Below are positions 8,824-18,787 of a stretch of 64,000 nt of DNA, one piece after another. Source of the DNA: Escherichia coli (GTDB lineage Bacteria > Pseudomonadota > Gammaproteobacteria > Enterobacterales > Enterobacteriaceae); NCBI RefSeq assembly GCF_003991155.1, contig NZ_CP031293.1. One strand, 5' to 3'. The notes under the pieces were generated by a model. The model searched no databases. It saw only the letters and a list, made by a program, of their open reading frames with translations, and had not been told where the DNA came from. How positions within the stretch are numbered: position 1 is the first letter of the stretch; each line of letters begins with the position of its first letter. The position numbers and the translations under genes were made by a program.

Positions 8824-10140
8824 ATGAACGATAAAAACATCATTCAGATGCCTGATGGGTATCTGAATAAGACTCCCTTGTTCCAGTTTATTTTGTTATC
8901 GTGTTTATTCCCGCTATGGGGATGCGCAGCTGCATTAAATGACATATTAATCACTCAATTCAAAAGTGTATTTTCGCTAAGTAACTTTGCTTCAGCATTG
9001 GTGCAGAGCGCATTTTATGGAGGTTATTTTTTAATTGCAATACCAGCATCCCTTGTGATTAAAAAGACCAGTTATAAGGTGGCAATTTTAATTGGCCTGA
9101 CGCTGTATATTGGTGGTTGTACACTTTTTTTCCCTGCCTCGCATATGGCAACCTACACTATGTTCCTTGCAGCTATTTTTGCGATTGCGATTGGCCTGAG
9201 TTTCCTTGAAACTGCAGCGAACACATACAGTTCAATGATCGGTCCAAAAGCCTATGCCACATTGCGGCTCAATATCAGCCAGACCTTTTATCCGATTGGT
9301 GCTGCGTCTGGTATTTTATTGGGCAAATATCTGGTTTTCTCCGAGGGGGAAAGCCTTGAAAAGCAGATGTCAGGAATGAACGCCGAGCAAATTCACAACT
9401 TTAAGGTGCTGATGTTAGAGAACACCCTTGAACCGTATAAGTATATGATTATGATTCTGGTTGTGGTCATGGTGTTGTTCCTTTTAACCCGCTTCCCAAC
9501 CTGTAAAGTGGCACAGACAAGTCACCATAAACGCCCGTCAGCAATGGATACGCTGCGCTATCTAGCTAGAAATCCGCGCTTTCGTCGCGGTATTGTGGCG
9601 CAGTTCCTTTATGTGGGTATGCAGGTCGCAGTATGGTCATTTACCATCCGTCTGGCGCTGGAGTTGGGCGATATCAACGAACGTGATGCTTCAAACTTCA
9701 TGGTCTATAGCTTTGCCTGCTTCTTTATTGGCAAGTTTATAGCCAATATCCTTATGACGCGTTTTAATCCGGAAAAAGTATTGATTCTCTATTCCGTTAT
9801 AGGGGCGCTGTTCCTGGCATATGTTGCACTGGCTCCAAGTTTCAGCGCGGTCTATGTCGCCGTCCTGGTAAGTGTTTTGTTTGGCCCTTGCTGGGCGACG
9901 ATCTATGCAGGAACACTGGATACAGTTGATAACGAACATACAGAAATGGCAGGAGCAGTCATTGTTATGGCTATTGTCGGTGCCGCGGTGGTTCCGGCAA
10001 TTCAGGGATATATTGCAGATATGTTCCACTCACTACAGCTTTCATTCCTGGTTTCTATGCTCTGCTTTGTCTATGTCGGAGTCTACTTCTGGCGTGAAAG
10101 CAAAGTACGTACCGCACTGGCTGAAGTCACAGCGTCCTGA
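8824..10140 (+). CDS. deoP: Deoxyribose permease (FucP-like MFS transporter)
   Basis: 438-aa polytopic membrane protein with fucose-permease-like features, immediately downstream of deoK. Confidence 0.85.
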   Translation: MNDKNIIQMPDGYLNKTPLFQFILLSCLFPLWGCAAALNDILITQFKSVFSLSNFASALVQSAFYGGYFLIAIPASLVIKKTSYKVAILIGLTLYIGGCTLFFPASHMATYTMFLAAIFAIAIGLSFLETAANTYSSMIGPKAYATLRLNISQTFYPIGAASGILLGKYLVFSEGESLEKQMSGMNAEQIHNFKVLMLENTLEPYKYMIMILVVVMVLFLLTRFPTCKVAQTSHHKRPSAMDTLRYLARNPRFRRGIVAQFLYVGMQVAVWSFTIRLALELGDINERDASNFMVYSFACFFIGKFIANILMTRFNPEKVLILYSVIGALFLAYVALAPSFSAVYVAVLVSVLFGPCWATIYAGTLDTVDNEHTEMAGAVIVMAIVGAAVVPAIQGYIADMFHSLQLSFLVSMLCFVYVGVYFWRESKVRTALAEVTAS

Positions 10141-10151
10141 GGAGAACCGTT

Positions 10152-11165
10152 ATGAGTACGCGTATTAATTTGTGGCGGGCGCTTTTTGGCGAGAAACCTC
10201 GTATCTTGCTGGAAAATAGTGATTTTACTGTCACGTCTTTTCGATATGACAGCGGTGTCGAGGGGCTTAAAATTGCAAACAGTCGTGGACATTTGATTAT
10301 TCTTCCCTGGATGGGGCAGATGATTTGGGATGCGCAATTTGATGGACACGGCCTCACCATGTGCAATATGTTTCGCCAGCCTAAACCGGCGACAGAGGTG
10401 ATAGAGACCTATGGCTGTTTTGCTTTTCATTCAGGTTTGCTGGCTAATGGCTGCCCATCTGCGGAAGATACTCATCTGCTACACGGTGAAATGGCCTGTG
10501 CCGCGATGGATGAAGCATGGCTGGAATTAGACGGAGATATGTTACGCCTTAACGGGCGTTACGAGTATGTAATGGGTTTCGGTCATCATTATCTGGCTCA
10601 GCCAACAGTGGTCCTTCACAAATCCTCTACACTGTTCGATATTAAGATGGCCGTAACCAATCTGGCTTCTGTAGATATGCCACTACAATATATGTGCCAC
10701 ATGAATTATGCATATATACCAAATGCTACATTCAGCCAGAATATCCCGGACGAAATATTAAGATTGCGTGAATCAGTGCCTTCGCATGTTAATCCCACCG
10801 CTCAGTGGCTGGCGTTTAATCAACGGATTATGCAGGGAGAAGCCTCTCTGTCGACGCTGAGTCAACCGGAATTTTATGATCCAGAAATTGTCTTCTTTGC
10901 AGACAAACTGGACGCTTATACAGATCAGCCAGAGTTTCGCATGATCTCTCCCGATGGCACCACGTTTGTTACTCGTTTCTACAGTGCTGAACTAAATTAT
11001 GTGACACGCTGGATCCTTTATAACGGAGAGCAACAGGTAGCCGCCTTTGCATTACCTGCAACCTGTCGGCCTGAGGGGTATCTTGCCGCGCAACGTAATG
11101 GCACGCTGATTCAGGTTGCACCGCAGCAAACGCGCACTTTTACAGTCACCACAGGAATTGAATAA
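10152..11165 (+). CDS. deoX: Aldose-1-epimerase-like protein of the deoxyribose operon
   Basis: 337 aa, GAGGAGAA ribosome-binding site, last gene of the deoK operon. Function inferred from operon context and my recollection of the described deoK operon. Confidence 0.7.
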   Translation: MSTRINLWRALFGEKPRILLENSDFTVTSFRYDSGVEGLKIANSRGHLIILPWMGQMIWDAQFDGHGLTMCNMFRQPKPATEVIETYGCFAFHSGLLANGCPSAEDTHLLHGEMACAAMDEAWLELDGDMLRLNGRYEYVMGFGHHYLAQPTVVLHKSSTLFDIKMAVTNLASVDMPLQYMCHMNYAYIPNATFSQNIPDEILRLRESVPSHVNPTAQWLAFNQRIMQGEASLSTLSQPEFYDPEIVFFADKLDAYTDQPEFRMISPDGTTFVTRFYSAELNYVTRWILYNGEQQVAAFALPATCRPEGYLAAQRNGTLIQVAPQQTRTFTVTTGIE

Positions 11166-11204
11166 CCACTCAAGGCCTGAACAGCGGCGCGCTTATCGTT
11201 AAGG

Positions 11205-11383
11205 TAAGCGCGTTTTTTACCCGCCAGGACAAGACTATGATAGCGTTGCCCTTATAGACGATCACATTATCGTCCACTCCAAATTTGCGCAACTACTGTA
11301 GAGTGGTGTACTCCACAGCTTCTTTGAGGAGCTTAACCTCCATTGTTTTCTTACCGAGCAAGCACTGCAACTCTTTTATTTAT
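11205..11383. repeat. About 180-bp segment, copy A of a direct repeat (second copy at 37163..37348, roughly 90% identity by eye); IS-associated
   Basis: Shared strings include GACAAGACTATGATAGCGTTGCCCTTATAGACGATCACATTATCGTCCACTCC and AACTACTGTAGAGTGGTGTACTCC. Copy B encodes, on the minus strand, the 3' end of an IS3/IS66-type OrfA-like gene. Confidence 0.6.
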
Positions 11384-11585
11384 TTGTAGTGGTCAACAAA
11401 AACTGGTCACAATTTCAGTTTTTTTCCAGTATCTATTTTCCGATTCGTTCGGCGGTAATCCACCGTTATATTCATGAGGCCGGAGTGCACTATAAAAGTG
11501 TATGCGTAAACCGACTGCTGTATGTAGCCATTAAGCCAGTATTGGTAACATAGGTACCCACCTTTTCAACTAGTGGACACCTGTT

Positions 11586-11870
11586 ATGGAACAAAAAACA
11601 TTATCAGCTGAACCCCGCAGGTTATTTTCAAATGAGTTTAAACTTCAAATGGTTAAACTGGCTTTACAACCAAGGGGTTCTGTTGCCCGTATTGCCCGGG
11701 AGCATGATATCAATGATAATCTTCTGTTCAAATGGCTCAGGCTCTCGCTGATCAAAGGGCGTATATCACGGCGTCTTCCGGTAACGAACTCTTCTGGCAT
11801 TGGCGTTGAATTATTACCTGTGGAGATGACGCTGGATGAGCGGCCTTACCCCGTTTTTTACGCGAGGTAA
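11586..11870 (+). mobile_element. IS66-family orf1 (TnpA-like accessory protein) fragment; downstream tnpB and tnpC absent
   Basis: EFKLQMVKLALQPRGSVARIAREHDINDNLLFKW parallels the intact IS66 orf1 later in the window (EFKIALVEQSLQPGACVAQIARENGINDNLLFNW). No tnpB/tnpC follow, so this is a remnant. Confidence 0.55.
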
Positions 11871-12085
11871 TTATGAAGATCAATGACTAGCCGTCGAACC
11901 GCGTGCATGAACTGCTGCACTGAAACTTCTCAGCTGTAAAATAATCCTTACGCTACGTACTTCTCGGAGCGCTTACGATTAATCGGATGCAGTCCTGACT
12001 GGAAGAAAGAAAAATGGAGAAAATAAGAGGAATTAATATCCTCCACGTTCCTGAAATCCTGGAGGATATTAATGTCATCAAAATA

Positions 12086-13342
12086 TTAGCGAACGATAAT
12101 CCCTAACAAAATACCCAGTGCGCCAAAGTCAGCATCACTGAAGGTGGTGTTAGCAAAACCAATATCACCCAGCACCGGCAATAAGAATACTGGCAGGAAG
12201 GTAATAAGCAAGCCCTGAGCGAAGGCACCCAAAATCGCACCACGACGTCCACCCGTTGCATTACCGAATACCCCTGCAGCTGCACCTACGAAGAAGTGCG
12301 GCACCACACCAGGAATAATCACGATCATGTTCAGCAGATACAACGTGAACATACCGATTAAACCTGCAGCAAAGCTACTCAGGAAACCAACCAGTACAGC
12401 GTTAGGTGCGTAAGGGAAGACGACCGGGCAATCGAGAGCAGGTCTGGCATTCGGAACCAGCTTGTCTGAAATACCTTTGAATGCCGGGACAATCTCCGCA
12501 ATCACCATGCGCACACCCTGCAGAATGATGTACACGCCAGCTGCGAAGGTAATGGATTGCATGATAGAGAACATGAACCAGTTTTTACCACCGCTAAGCT
12601 CTTTCACCGCATCTGCACCCGCAAACAGGCACGTCACCAGGAAAATTATGCTCATGGTAAAAGAGATAGCAACCGGCGTGTCGCGCAAGAACAGCAGACT
12701 TTTCGGCACATTCATGTCTTCAGTCGAGTGCTCTTTATTACCAAACTTGCTGCCGATGAAACCGGCCAATACATAAGATAATGTTGAGAAGTGGCCGATG
12801 GCAACGTCATCAGAACCGGTCACTTTCTTCATGTACGGATGCGCAATAGCCGGGAAAAAGACCATTGCCACGCCAACAACCAAAGAGCCAACGGCTATAA
12901 GCGTAACGCCGGTCATGCCTGCTGTTGCCAGAATTACCGCTACCATCATCGACATAAACAACGTGTGATGACCGGTCAGGAAGATAAATTTCCACGGTGT
13001 GAAACGGGCAATCATAATGTTGATAACCATCGCAAAGAACATAATCATCGCCATTTCTTTCCCGAAGCTTTTCTGCGCTACGGAAACAATGGCTTCATTG
13101 TTCGGCACGACACCCTGAATACCAAAGGCATGCTGGAAAATGTTTGCGAAGTCACCCAGTGACGACACAACTAAACCCGCCCCTGCGCCTAAAATCACAA
13201 ACCCCATAATGGTCTTGACGGTACCTTTAATGCATTCGGTTACCGGTTTTTTCTGTGCAATCAGGCCAATCAGGGCGATTAAACCGACCAGCACCGCGGG
13301 TTCGGAAAGTACATCGCTCATCAAAAAACGAAAGAAATCCAT
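12086..13342 (-). CDS. PTS ascorbate-family (SgaT/UlaA-type) transporter subunit IIC
   Basis: 418-aa polytopic membrane protein with SgaT/UlaA-type sequence character; co-oriented with IIB and IIA genes. Confidence 0.85.
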   Translation of the reverse strand: MDFFRFLMSDVLSEPAVLVGLIALIGLIAQKKPVTECIKGTVKTIMGFVILGAGAGLVVSSLGDFANIFQHAFGIQGVVPNNEAIVSVAQKSFGKEMAMIMFFAMVINIMIARFTPWKFIFLTGHHTLFMSMMVAVILATAGMTGVTLIAVGSLVVGVAMVFFPAIAHPYMKKVTGSDDVAIGHFSTLSYVLAGFIGSKFGNKEHSTEDMNVPKSLLFLRDTPVAISFTMSIIFLVTCLFAGADAVKELSGGKNWFMFSIMQSITFAAGVYIILQGVRMVIAEIVPAFKGISDKLVPNARPALDCPVVFPYAPNAVLVGFLSSFAAGLIGMFTLYLLNMIVIIPGVVPHFFVGAAAGVFGNATGGRRGAILGAFAQGLLITFLPVFLLPVLGDIGFANTTFSDADFGALGILLGIIVR

Positions 13343-13354
13343 ATCGCCCCCAGC

Positions 13355-13642
13355 TTACAGTGCGCCTAATTCGGTTAATGCCACGGACAAACGTTCTCTC
13401 ATGGCTTTCTTATCAATCATATTTTCCAGGGCGACGATTTTGCCTGCGACAGACTGCGCGACTAACTGCTCGGCAATATCTTTGGTGCCGACATAGATAT
13501 CACTCGGCGTCCCTTTCGCGGAGCCCAGGTCGACATGATCAACATCAGCGCTGATGGACAAATCCTTCAAAATGCTTTTAATGCTCATTTCCATCATCAG
13601 GCTGGTGCCTAAGCCGTTACCGCAAACCACTGTAATTTTCAT
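13355..13642 (-). CDS. PTS ascorbate-family subunit IIB
   Basis: 95 aa with N-terminal MKITVVCGNGLGTS (catalytic Cys motif of L-ascorbate-family IIB); GAGGAA ribosome-binding site. Confidence 0.8.
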   Translation of the reverse strand: MKITVVCGNGLGTSLMMEMSIKSILKDLSISADVDHVDLGSAKGTPSDIYVGTKDIAEQLVAQSVAGKIVALENMIDKKAMRERLSVALTELGAL

Positions 13643-13657
13643 AAATGTTCCTCAGAA

Positions 13658-14101
13658 TTAATAGCGCGCAATAACAGACAAAATGTCCTGCGTCGTTTTG
13701 GCCGTCAAAATAGCCTGTATGTCTTTTTCGTTATCGAATAACTTGGCGAGTTGAGAAATCGCTTCAATGTGGCTGGTACTGTCGGTTGCAGCCAGCACAA
13801 TCAGTAATTTCACTGGATCGTTTTCATCGGCATCAAAATTCACACCTGAAGGGATCAGGGTCAGTGCTAATGACAGCTTGTTAGCCCCCTCTTCCGGGCG
13901 CGCATGAGGCATCGCAATACCAGGGCCAACCACATAGTACGGACCGATAGTGTCGTGCGAGTGATAGATCGCATCAACATAACGCGGTTCGATAGAACCG
14001 TTTTCAATCAACGGTCGGCATGAAATCGCCACGGCTTCCCGCCAGTCTTTGACCTGTTCCACGACCTGAACGACCTCTGTATTTAATAGATTTTTTAACA
14101 T
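13658..14101 (-). CDS. PTS subunit IIA (mannitol/fructose-type IIA fold, as in UlaC/SgaA)
   Basis: 147 aa with the conserved histidine region (GIAMPHAR); GGGAG ribosome-binding site; first gene of the IIA-IIB-IIC operon. Confidence 0.8.
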   Translation of the reverse strand: MLKNLLNTEVVQVVEQVKDWREAVAISCRPLIENGSIEPRYVDAIYHSHDTIGPYYVVGPGIAMPHARPEEGANKLSLALTLIPSGVNFDADENDPVKLLIVLAATDSTSHIEAISQLAKLFDNEKDIQAILTAKTTQDILSVIARY

Positions 14102-14371
14102 ACGACTGATAACTCCCGATGATAATTAACAGGAGAGTAGATATTTTACGCATTAATTAATGTGATGATTGTCGCATTTGATAGCGCTATCTGATAACGC
14201 TACCAATCTTTGTGATAGCGCTATCATTTCTCTGCCGCCATGCTTTGGCTATATTCGGTTCCTGCATATACAATGCAACAGGATATTTGCTACCGTGGGC
14301 AAAAACTGGAAAGAGTAATGGTGAAATAAAAGTAATGAAAACAGCTGGTTGTAATTATCCATGGAGTCGAA

Positions 14372-15403
14372 ATGGAAAAAACACGTAAGCGCCGTGGTAC
14401 CGGACGGGTGACGCTGCAGGAGGTCGCTAACTTTGCAGGTGTCGGAACCATGACCGTTTCCCGCGCGCTGAGAACACCGGAACAGGTTTCTGACAAGCTG
14501 AGGGAAAAGATAGAACAGGCCGTAGAAGAGTTGGGTTATATTCCCAACAGAACTGCTGGCGCCCTTGCATCTGGTCACAGTCATACAGTCGCCGTACTGG
14601 TTCCTTCCCTGACAGATAAAGCCAGCTCCCGCTTTATGCAGTCATTACAGCAGGTGCTTAATAAAAATGAATTCCAGCTACTGCTTGGGTGTCATGAGTA
14701 TAATCAGCTCAAAGAAGCTGAAATTCTGATGACGCTTCTTCAAGGCAACCCGGCGGCGTTAGTTATTTTTGGTTCTCAGTTGGCTGATAAAACTCACCAG
14801 ATACTCGAGAAAACAAATATACCTACCATTAACGTTATCGGTTCCCCTTTCAGTCCGGCTCAAATTACCATCGAAACAGCATTTTTTGAAGCATCACATA
14901 AACTGACCGAACATCTGCTGGAGCAGGGTTATAAGAATATCGGATTTATCGGTGCGCATATGGACAACCGCCTGCAACGTCAGCAACTGAACGGCTGGCA
15001 TAAAGCAATGCTGAGCCATTACCAGAACACTGATCTTGTTATCACCATGCCGGATGCCGCAAGTCTGCAATTGGGGCGTTACGCATTAAACGAGATATTA
15101 CTGCGACAACCAGAGCTGGATGCTGTGATTTGCAGCCACGAAGAGATTGCGCTGGGTATAATGTTTGAGTGCCAGCGGCGTTTGTTAAAAATCCCTGGAA
15201 ATATCGCTGTAGCTTGTCTTGACGGTTCAGACAATTGCGATCAAACACACCCAACTTTGACATCCATCCGTATTGACTACAAAAAAATGGGGATAGAGAC
15301 AGGTAAGTTACTGATTGGACTATTGAATAATAATCATGATGAATCAGAAGAGTCGCGTATCGTGCAATTCAACTACCAGATAGAATTACGTCAGAGTACA
15401 TGA
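14372..15403 (+). CDS. LacI-family transcriptional regulator, divergent from the PTS operon
   Basis: N-terminal helix-turn-helix (VTLQEVANFAGVGTMTVSRALR) plus periplasmic-binding-protein-like sugar-binding domain. The true start may be the GTG at about 14410. Confidence 0.8.
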   Translation: MEKTRKRRGTGRVTLQEVANFAGVGTMTVSRALRTPEQVSDKLREKIEQAVEELGYIPNRTAGALASGHSHTVAVLVPSLTDKASSRFMQSLQQVLNKNEFQLLLGCHEYNQLKEAEILMTLLQGNPAALVIFGSQLADKTHQILEKTNIPTINVIGSPFSPAQITIETAFFEASHKLTEHLLEQGYKNIGFIGAHMDNRLQRQQLNGWHKAMLSHYQNTDLVITMPDAASLQLGRYALNEILLRQPELDAVICSHEEIALGIMFECQRRLLKIPGNIAVACLDGSDNCDQTHPTLTSIRIDYKKMGIETGKLLIGLLNNNHDESEESRIVQFNYQIELRQST

Positions 15404-16145
15404 GCCTAAAAGAGCGCTATTACAAAGTTAGCTATTGTGGTAGGGATAGCCGTTTCCGGCTATTCCCCGCGCAGTTCCGGATGTATGCTGCTAACGCATC
15501 CATTCCTACTTCAGGTATTTGGCGTAGAAGCGGATGCTAAAAACTTGTCGCAAAACCGCAATATCAGCCTGCAGTATCGCTCTCCAGATTATCCATTCCT
15601 ATATTGATGACAACGACAGGTAAGACTGTGACTCACCAAACTTGGATGTTTTTCTGAGCTTAAAGCTCGTTGCGTGAATAAGGCGAGAGTCAGCGAATCT
15701 CATTGAGGCCCGCAGCACCGGCTGCAATAAGGATATAGAGCAGCAATCTACCGTCAACGTCAAAAACACGGAAGCCTTGCAAACGGGATGCGTTCATATA
15801 AACAACATGGAGCAGCAACAGTACGATGCCTGTTGTTGCTCAGTCAGGACCTTTTCTGCCATGCGCGAGCCAGCGTCACGATTGATAAATAATGTTCGCA
15901 ACTGATTACTTTACTGCAACAGACGTGGCTGGTAATAAGCGCTGGCGGACAATGCAGGGTGAAAGGCTGTTTTCGGGTTGTCCGGCCTGATACATCAGAG
16001 CAATACGTTGCGTTAAAAACGGCTGTTCAGTCTCTGATGCCACGGGGTATTGCAACAATCATCCGGTGATGGACGGGAGAAATATCGACTCTTCCGTTAG
16101 TTTTTACAGACTGATAAAGTTTTGCCAGCTGAATCTTTATACGGA

Positions 16146-16781
16146 ATGCTCTTCAGTATGCATATACGAATTGACTATCTGGCGGATAAAAACTGCTTTA
16201 CAGAACTGAATGAATCTCCACGCCTTCGCCGGCAGTGGCAGGATGTTCTGGAGGAGTGCCGGCAGACAGAGGCCGGGCCAGAAGAACGGCTGCGTATTGC
16301 TCTGCTGAATGTGGATTACGTCACCAGTTTTGAACTGCCTTTTCGCTTGTTGCTTACTCGTACACCACAACTGATTGCCGCGCTGCGTGAAGAATGGGAC
16401 ATCAGCCAGAAAAATGTGGTGTTCAACGATAAACGCTTTGGCTGCGTGTACAACCTGAAGGCCAGCCTTTCGGGTGGGCCGGATACATTCCGGTATCATC
16501 TGTCTCACCGTATTCGGCGGGTGGTTGCGAATGAAAACACATCATCGCCATACCAACTGATTGCCCGGGAAGTGAAAGCGCCCCGTCAACGGCTGAAGTA
16601 TGCGCTGGAGACAGGATTGCAGGTGAGCGCACTGGACGGCCTGTTCTGGTTCGGCAGCCAGCGCATTGCGGCAGATATCCTGAGGCTGAGAAAGTACGGG
16701 ATGCGGATTGCGACGGCTTCTGTGGACGTGTATGACAACATAACCGGAACAACTCGTCATATCCCTGTATATTACTCCTGA
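16146..16781 (+). CDS. Hypothetical protein upstream of cdiB, possible C-terminal DNA-binding region
   Basis: The ORF-track start at 16122 is a TTG; the first ATG is at 16146, with weak ribosome-binding-site support. I recognise no family; a possible helix-turn-helix-like stretch is at the C-terminus (GSQRIAADILRLRKYGMRIAT). Confidence 0.4.
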   Translation: MLFSMHIRIDYLADKNCFTELNESPRLRRQWQDVLEECRQTEAGPEERLRIALLNVDYVTSFELPFRLLLTRTPQLIAALREEWDISQKNVVFNDKRFGCVYNLKASLSGGPDTFRYHLSHRIRRVVANENTSSPYQLIAREVKAPRQRLKYALETGLQVSALDGLFWFGSQRIAADILRLRKYGMRIATASVDVYDNITGTTRHIPVYYS

Positions 16782-17002
16782 CGCAAAATAGTCTGTGGGG
16801 GCCGGAGCATGACCGGTAACCGGAACAGGGTTTTGCCCTCGTCACAGCCAAAAATACGTCCTTTATCACATTTCTTCGATTTTTCCTGATATTTTACCGG
16901 GTTACTGTTCAAAAATGCTTCTCTTCTGATGTAAATTTCTTTACTGACACTTTTTGACATGAATTTACACTGGCATCACACAGGCCAGAATACGGGGAGA
17001 AC

Positions 17003-18775
17003 ATGCAGCACCGGCAGAAAAACATTCTGACGAAAACGTCCCTTTTATCCCGTGCGTTGTCTGTCCCCTGTTGTGATATGTTCCGGCGCGGCTCTCCGTG
17101 GATATGCTATCTCTCCCTCTCCGTTTTTTCTGGTTGTTTCATCCCCGCATTTTCGTCTCCGGCAGCCATGCTGTCTCCGGGTGACCGCAGTGCAATTCAG
17201 CAGCAACAGCAGCAGTTGCTGGATGAAAACCAGCGTCAGCGTGATGCGCTGGAGCGCAGTGCGCCGCTGACCATCACGCCGTCTCCGGAAACGTCTGCCG
17301 GTACTGAAGGTCCCTGCTTTACGGTGTCAAGCATTGTTGTCAGTGGGGCCACCCGACTGACGTCTGCAGAAACCGACAGACTGGTGGCACCGTGGGTGAA
17401 TCAGTGTCTGAATATCACGGGGCTGACCGCGGTCACGGATGCCGTGACGGACGGCTATATACGCCGGGGATATATCACCAGCCGGGCCTTTCTGACAGAG
17501 CAGGACCTTTCAGGGGGCGTACTGCACATAACGGTCATGGAAGGCAGGCTGCAGCAAATCCGGGCGGAAGGCGCTGACCTTCCTGCCCGCACCCTGAAGA
17601 TGGTTTTCCCGGGAATGGAGGGGAAGGTTCTGAACCTGCGGGATATTGAGCAGGGGATGGAGCAGATTAATCGTCTGCGTACGGAGCCGGTACAGATTGA
17701 AATATCGCCCGGTGACCGTGAGGGATGGTCGGTGGTGACACTGACGGCATTGCCGGAATGGCCTGTCACAGGGAGCGTGGGCATCGACAACAGCGGGCAG
17801 AAGAATACCGGTACGGGGCAGTTAAATGGTGTCCTTTCCTTTAATAATCCTCTGGGGCTGGCTGACAACTGGTTTGTCAGCGGGGGACGGAGCAGTGACT
17901 TTTCGGTGTCACATGATGCGAGGAATTTTGCCGCCGGTGTCAGTCTGCCGTATGGCTATACCCTGGTGGATTACACGTATTCATGGAGTGACTACCTCAG
18001 CACCATTGATAACCGGGGCTGGCGGTGGCGTTCCACGGGAGACCTGCAGACTCACCGGCTGGGACTGTCGCATGTCCTGTTCCGTAACGGGGACATGAAG
18101 ACAGCACTGACCGGAGGTCTGCAGCACCGCATTATTCACAATTATCTGGATGATGTTCTGCTTCAGGGCAGCAGCCGTAAACTCACTTCATTTTCTGTCG
18201 GGCTGAATCACACACACAAGTTTCTGGGTGGTGTCGGAACACTGAATCCGGTATTCACACGGGGGATGCCCTGGTTCGGCGCAGAAAGCGACCACGGGAA
18301 AAGGGGAGACCTGCCCGTAAATCAGTTCCGGAAATGGTCGGTGAGTGCCAGTTTTCAGCGCCCCGTCACGGACAGGGTGTGGTGGCTGACCAGCGCTTAT
18401 GCCCAGTGGTCACCGGACCGTCTTCATGGTGTGGAACAACTGAGCCTCGGGGGTGAGAGTTCAGTGCGTGGCTTTAAGGAGCAGTATATCTCCGGTAATA
18501 ACGGCGGTTATCTGCGGAATGAGCTGTCCTGGTCTCTGTTCTCCCTGCCATATGTGGGGACAGTCCGTGCAGTGACTGCACTGGACGGCGGCTGGCTGCA
18601 CTCTGACAGAGATGACCCGTACTCGTCCGGCACGCTGTGGGGTGCTGCTGCCGGGCTCAGCACCACCAGTGGTCATGTTTCCGGTTCGTTCACTGCCGGA
18701 CTGCCTCTGGTTTACCCGGACTGGCTTGCCCCTGACCATCTCACGGTTTACTGGCGCGTTGCCGTCGCGTTTTAA
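17003..18775 (+). CDS. cdiB: Two-partner secretion outer-membrane transporter (TpsB; ShlB/FhaC/HecB family)
   Basis: 590 aa with POTRA-containing TpsB character, GGGGAG ribosome-binding site, immediately upstream of a 3288-aa TpsA-type exoprotein with a VENN motif. Confidence 0.9.
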   Translation: MQHRQKNILTKTSLLSRALSVPCCDMFRRGSPWICYLSLSVFSGCFIPAFSSPAAMLSPGDRSAIQQQQQQLLDENQRQRDALERSAPLTITPSPETSAGTEGPCFTVSSIVVSGATRLTSAETDRLVAPWVNQCLNITGLTAVTDAVTDGYIRRGYITSRAFLTEQDLSGGVLHITVMEGRLQQIRAEGADLPARTLKMVFPGMEGKVLNLRDIEQGMEQINRLRTEPVQIEISPGDREGWSVVTLTALPEWPVTGSVGIDNSGQKNTGTGQLNGVLSFNNPLGLADNWFVSGGRSSDFSVSHDARNFAAGVSLPYGYTLVDYTYSWSDYLSTIDNRGWRWRSTGDLQTHRLGLSHVLFRNGDMKTALTGGLQHRIIHNYLDDVLLQGSSRKLTSFSVGLNHTHKFLGGVGTLNPVFTRGMPWFGAESDHGKRGDLPVNQFRKWSVSASFQRPVTDRVWWLTSAYAQWSPDRLHGVEQLSLGGESSVRGFKEQYISGNNGGYLRNELSWSLFSLPYVGTVRAVTALDGGWLHSDRDDPYSSGTLWGAAAGLSTTSGHVSGSFTAGLPLVYPDWLAPDHLTVYWRVAVAF

Positions 18776-18787
18776 GGGATTATTACC

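Noticed and set aside
12462-13162. Plus-strand ORFs antisense to the PTS IIC gene (12462..12776, 12557..12781, 12791..13162)
   Set aside because: Antisense to a well-supported membrane-protein gene; the His/Arg-rich translations look like frame artefacts.
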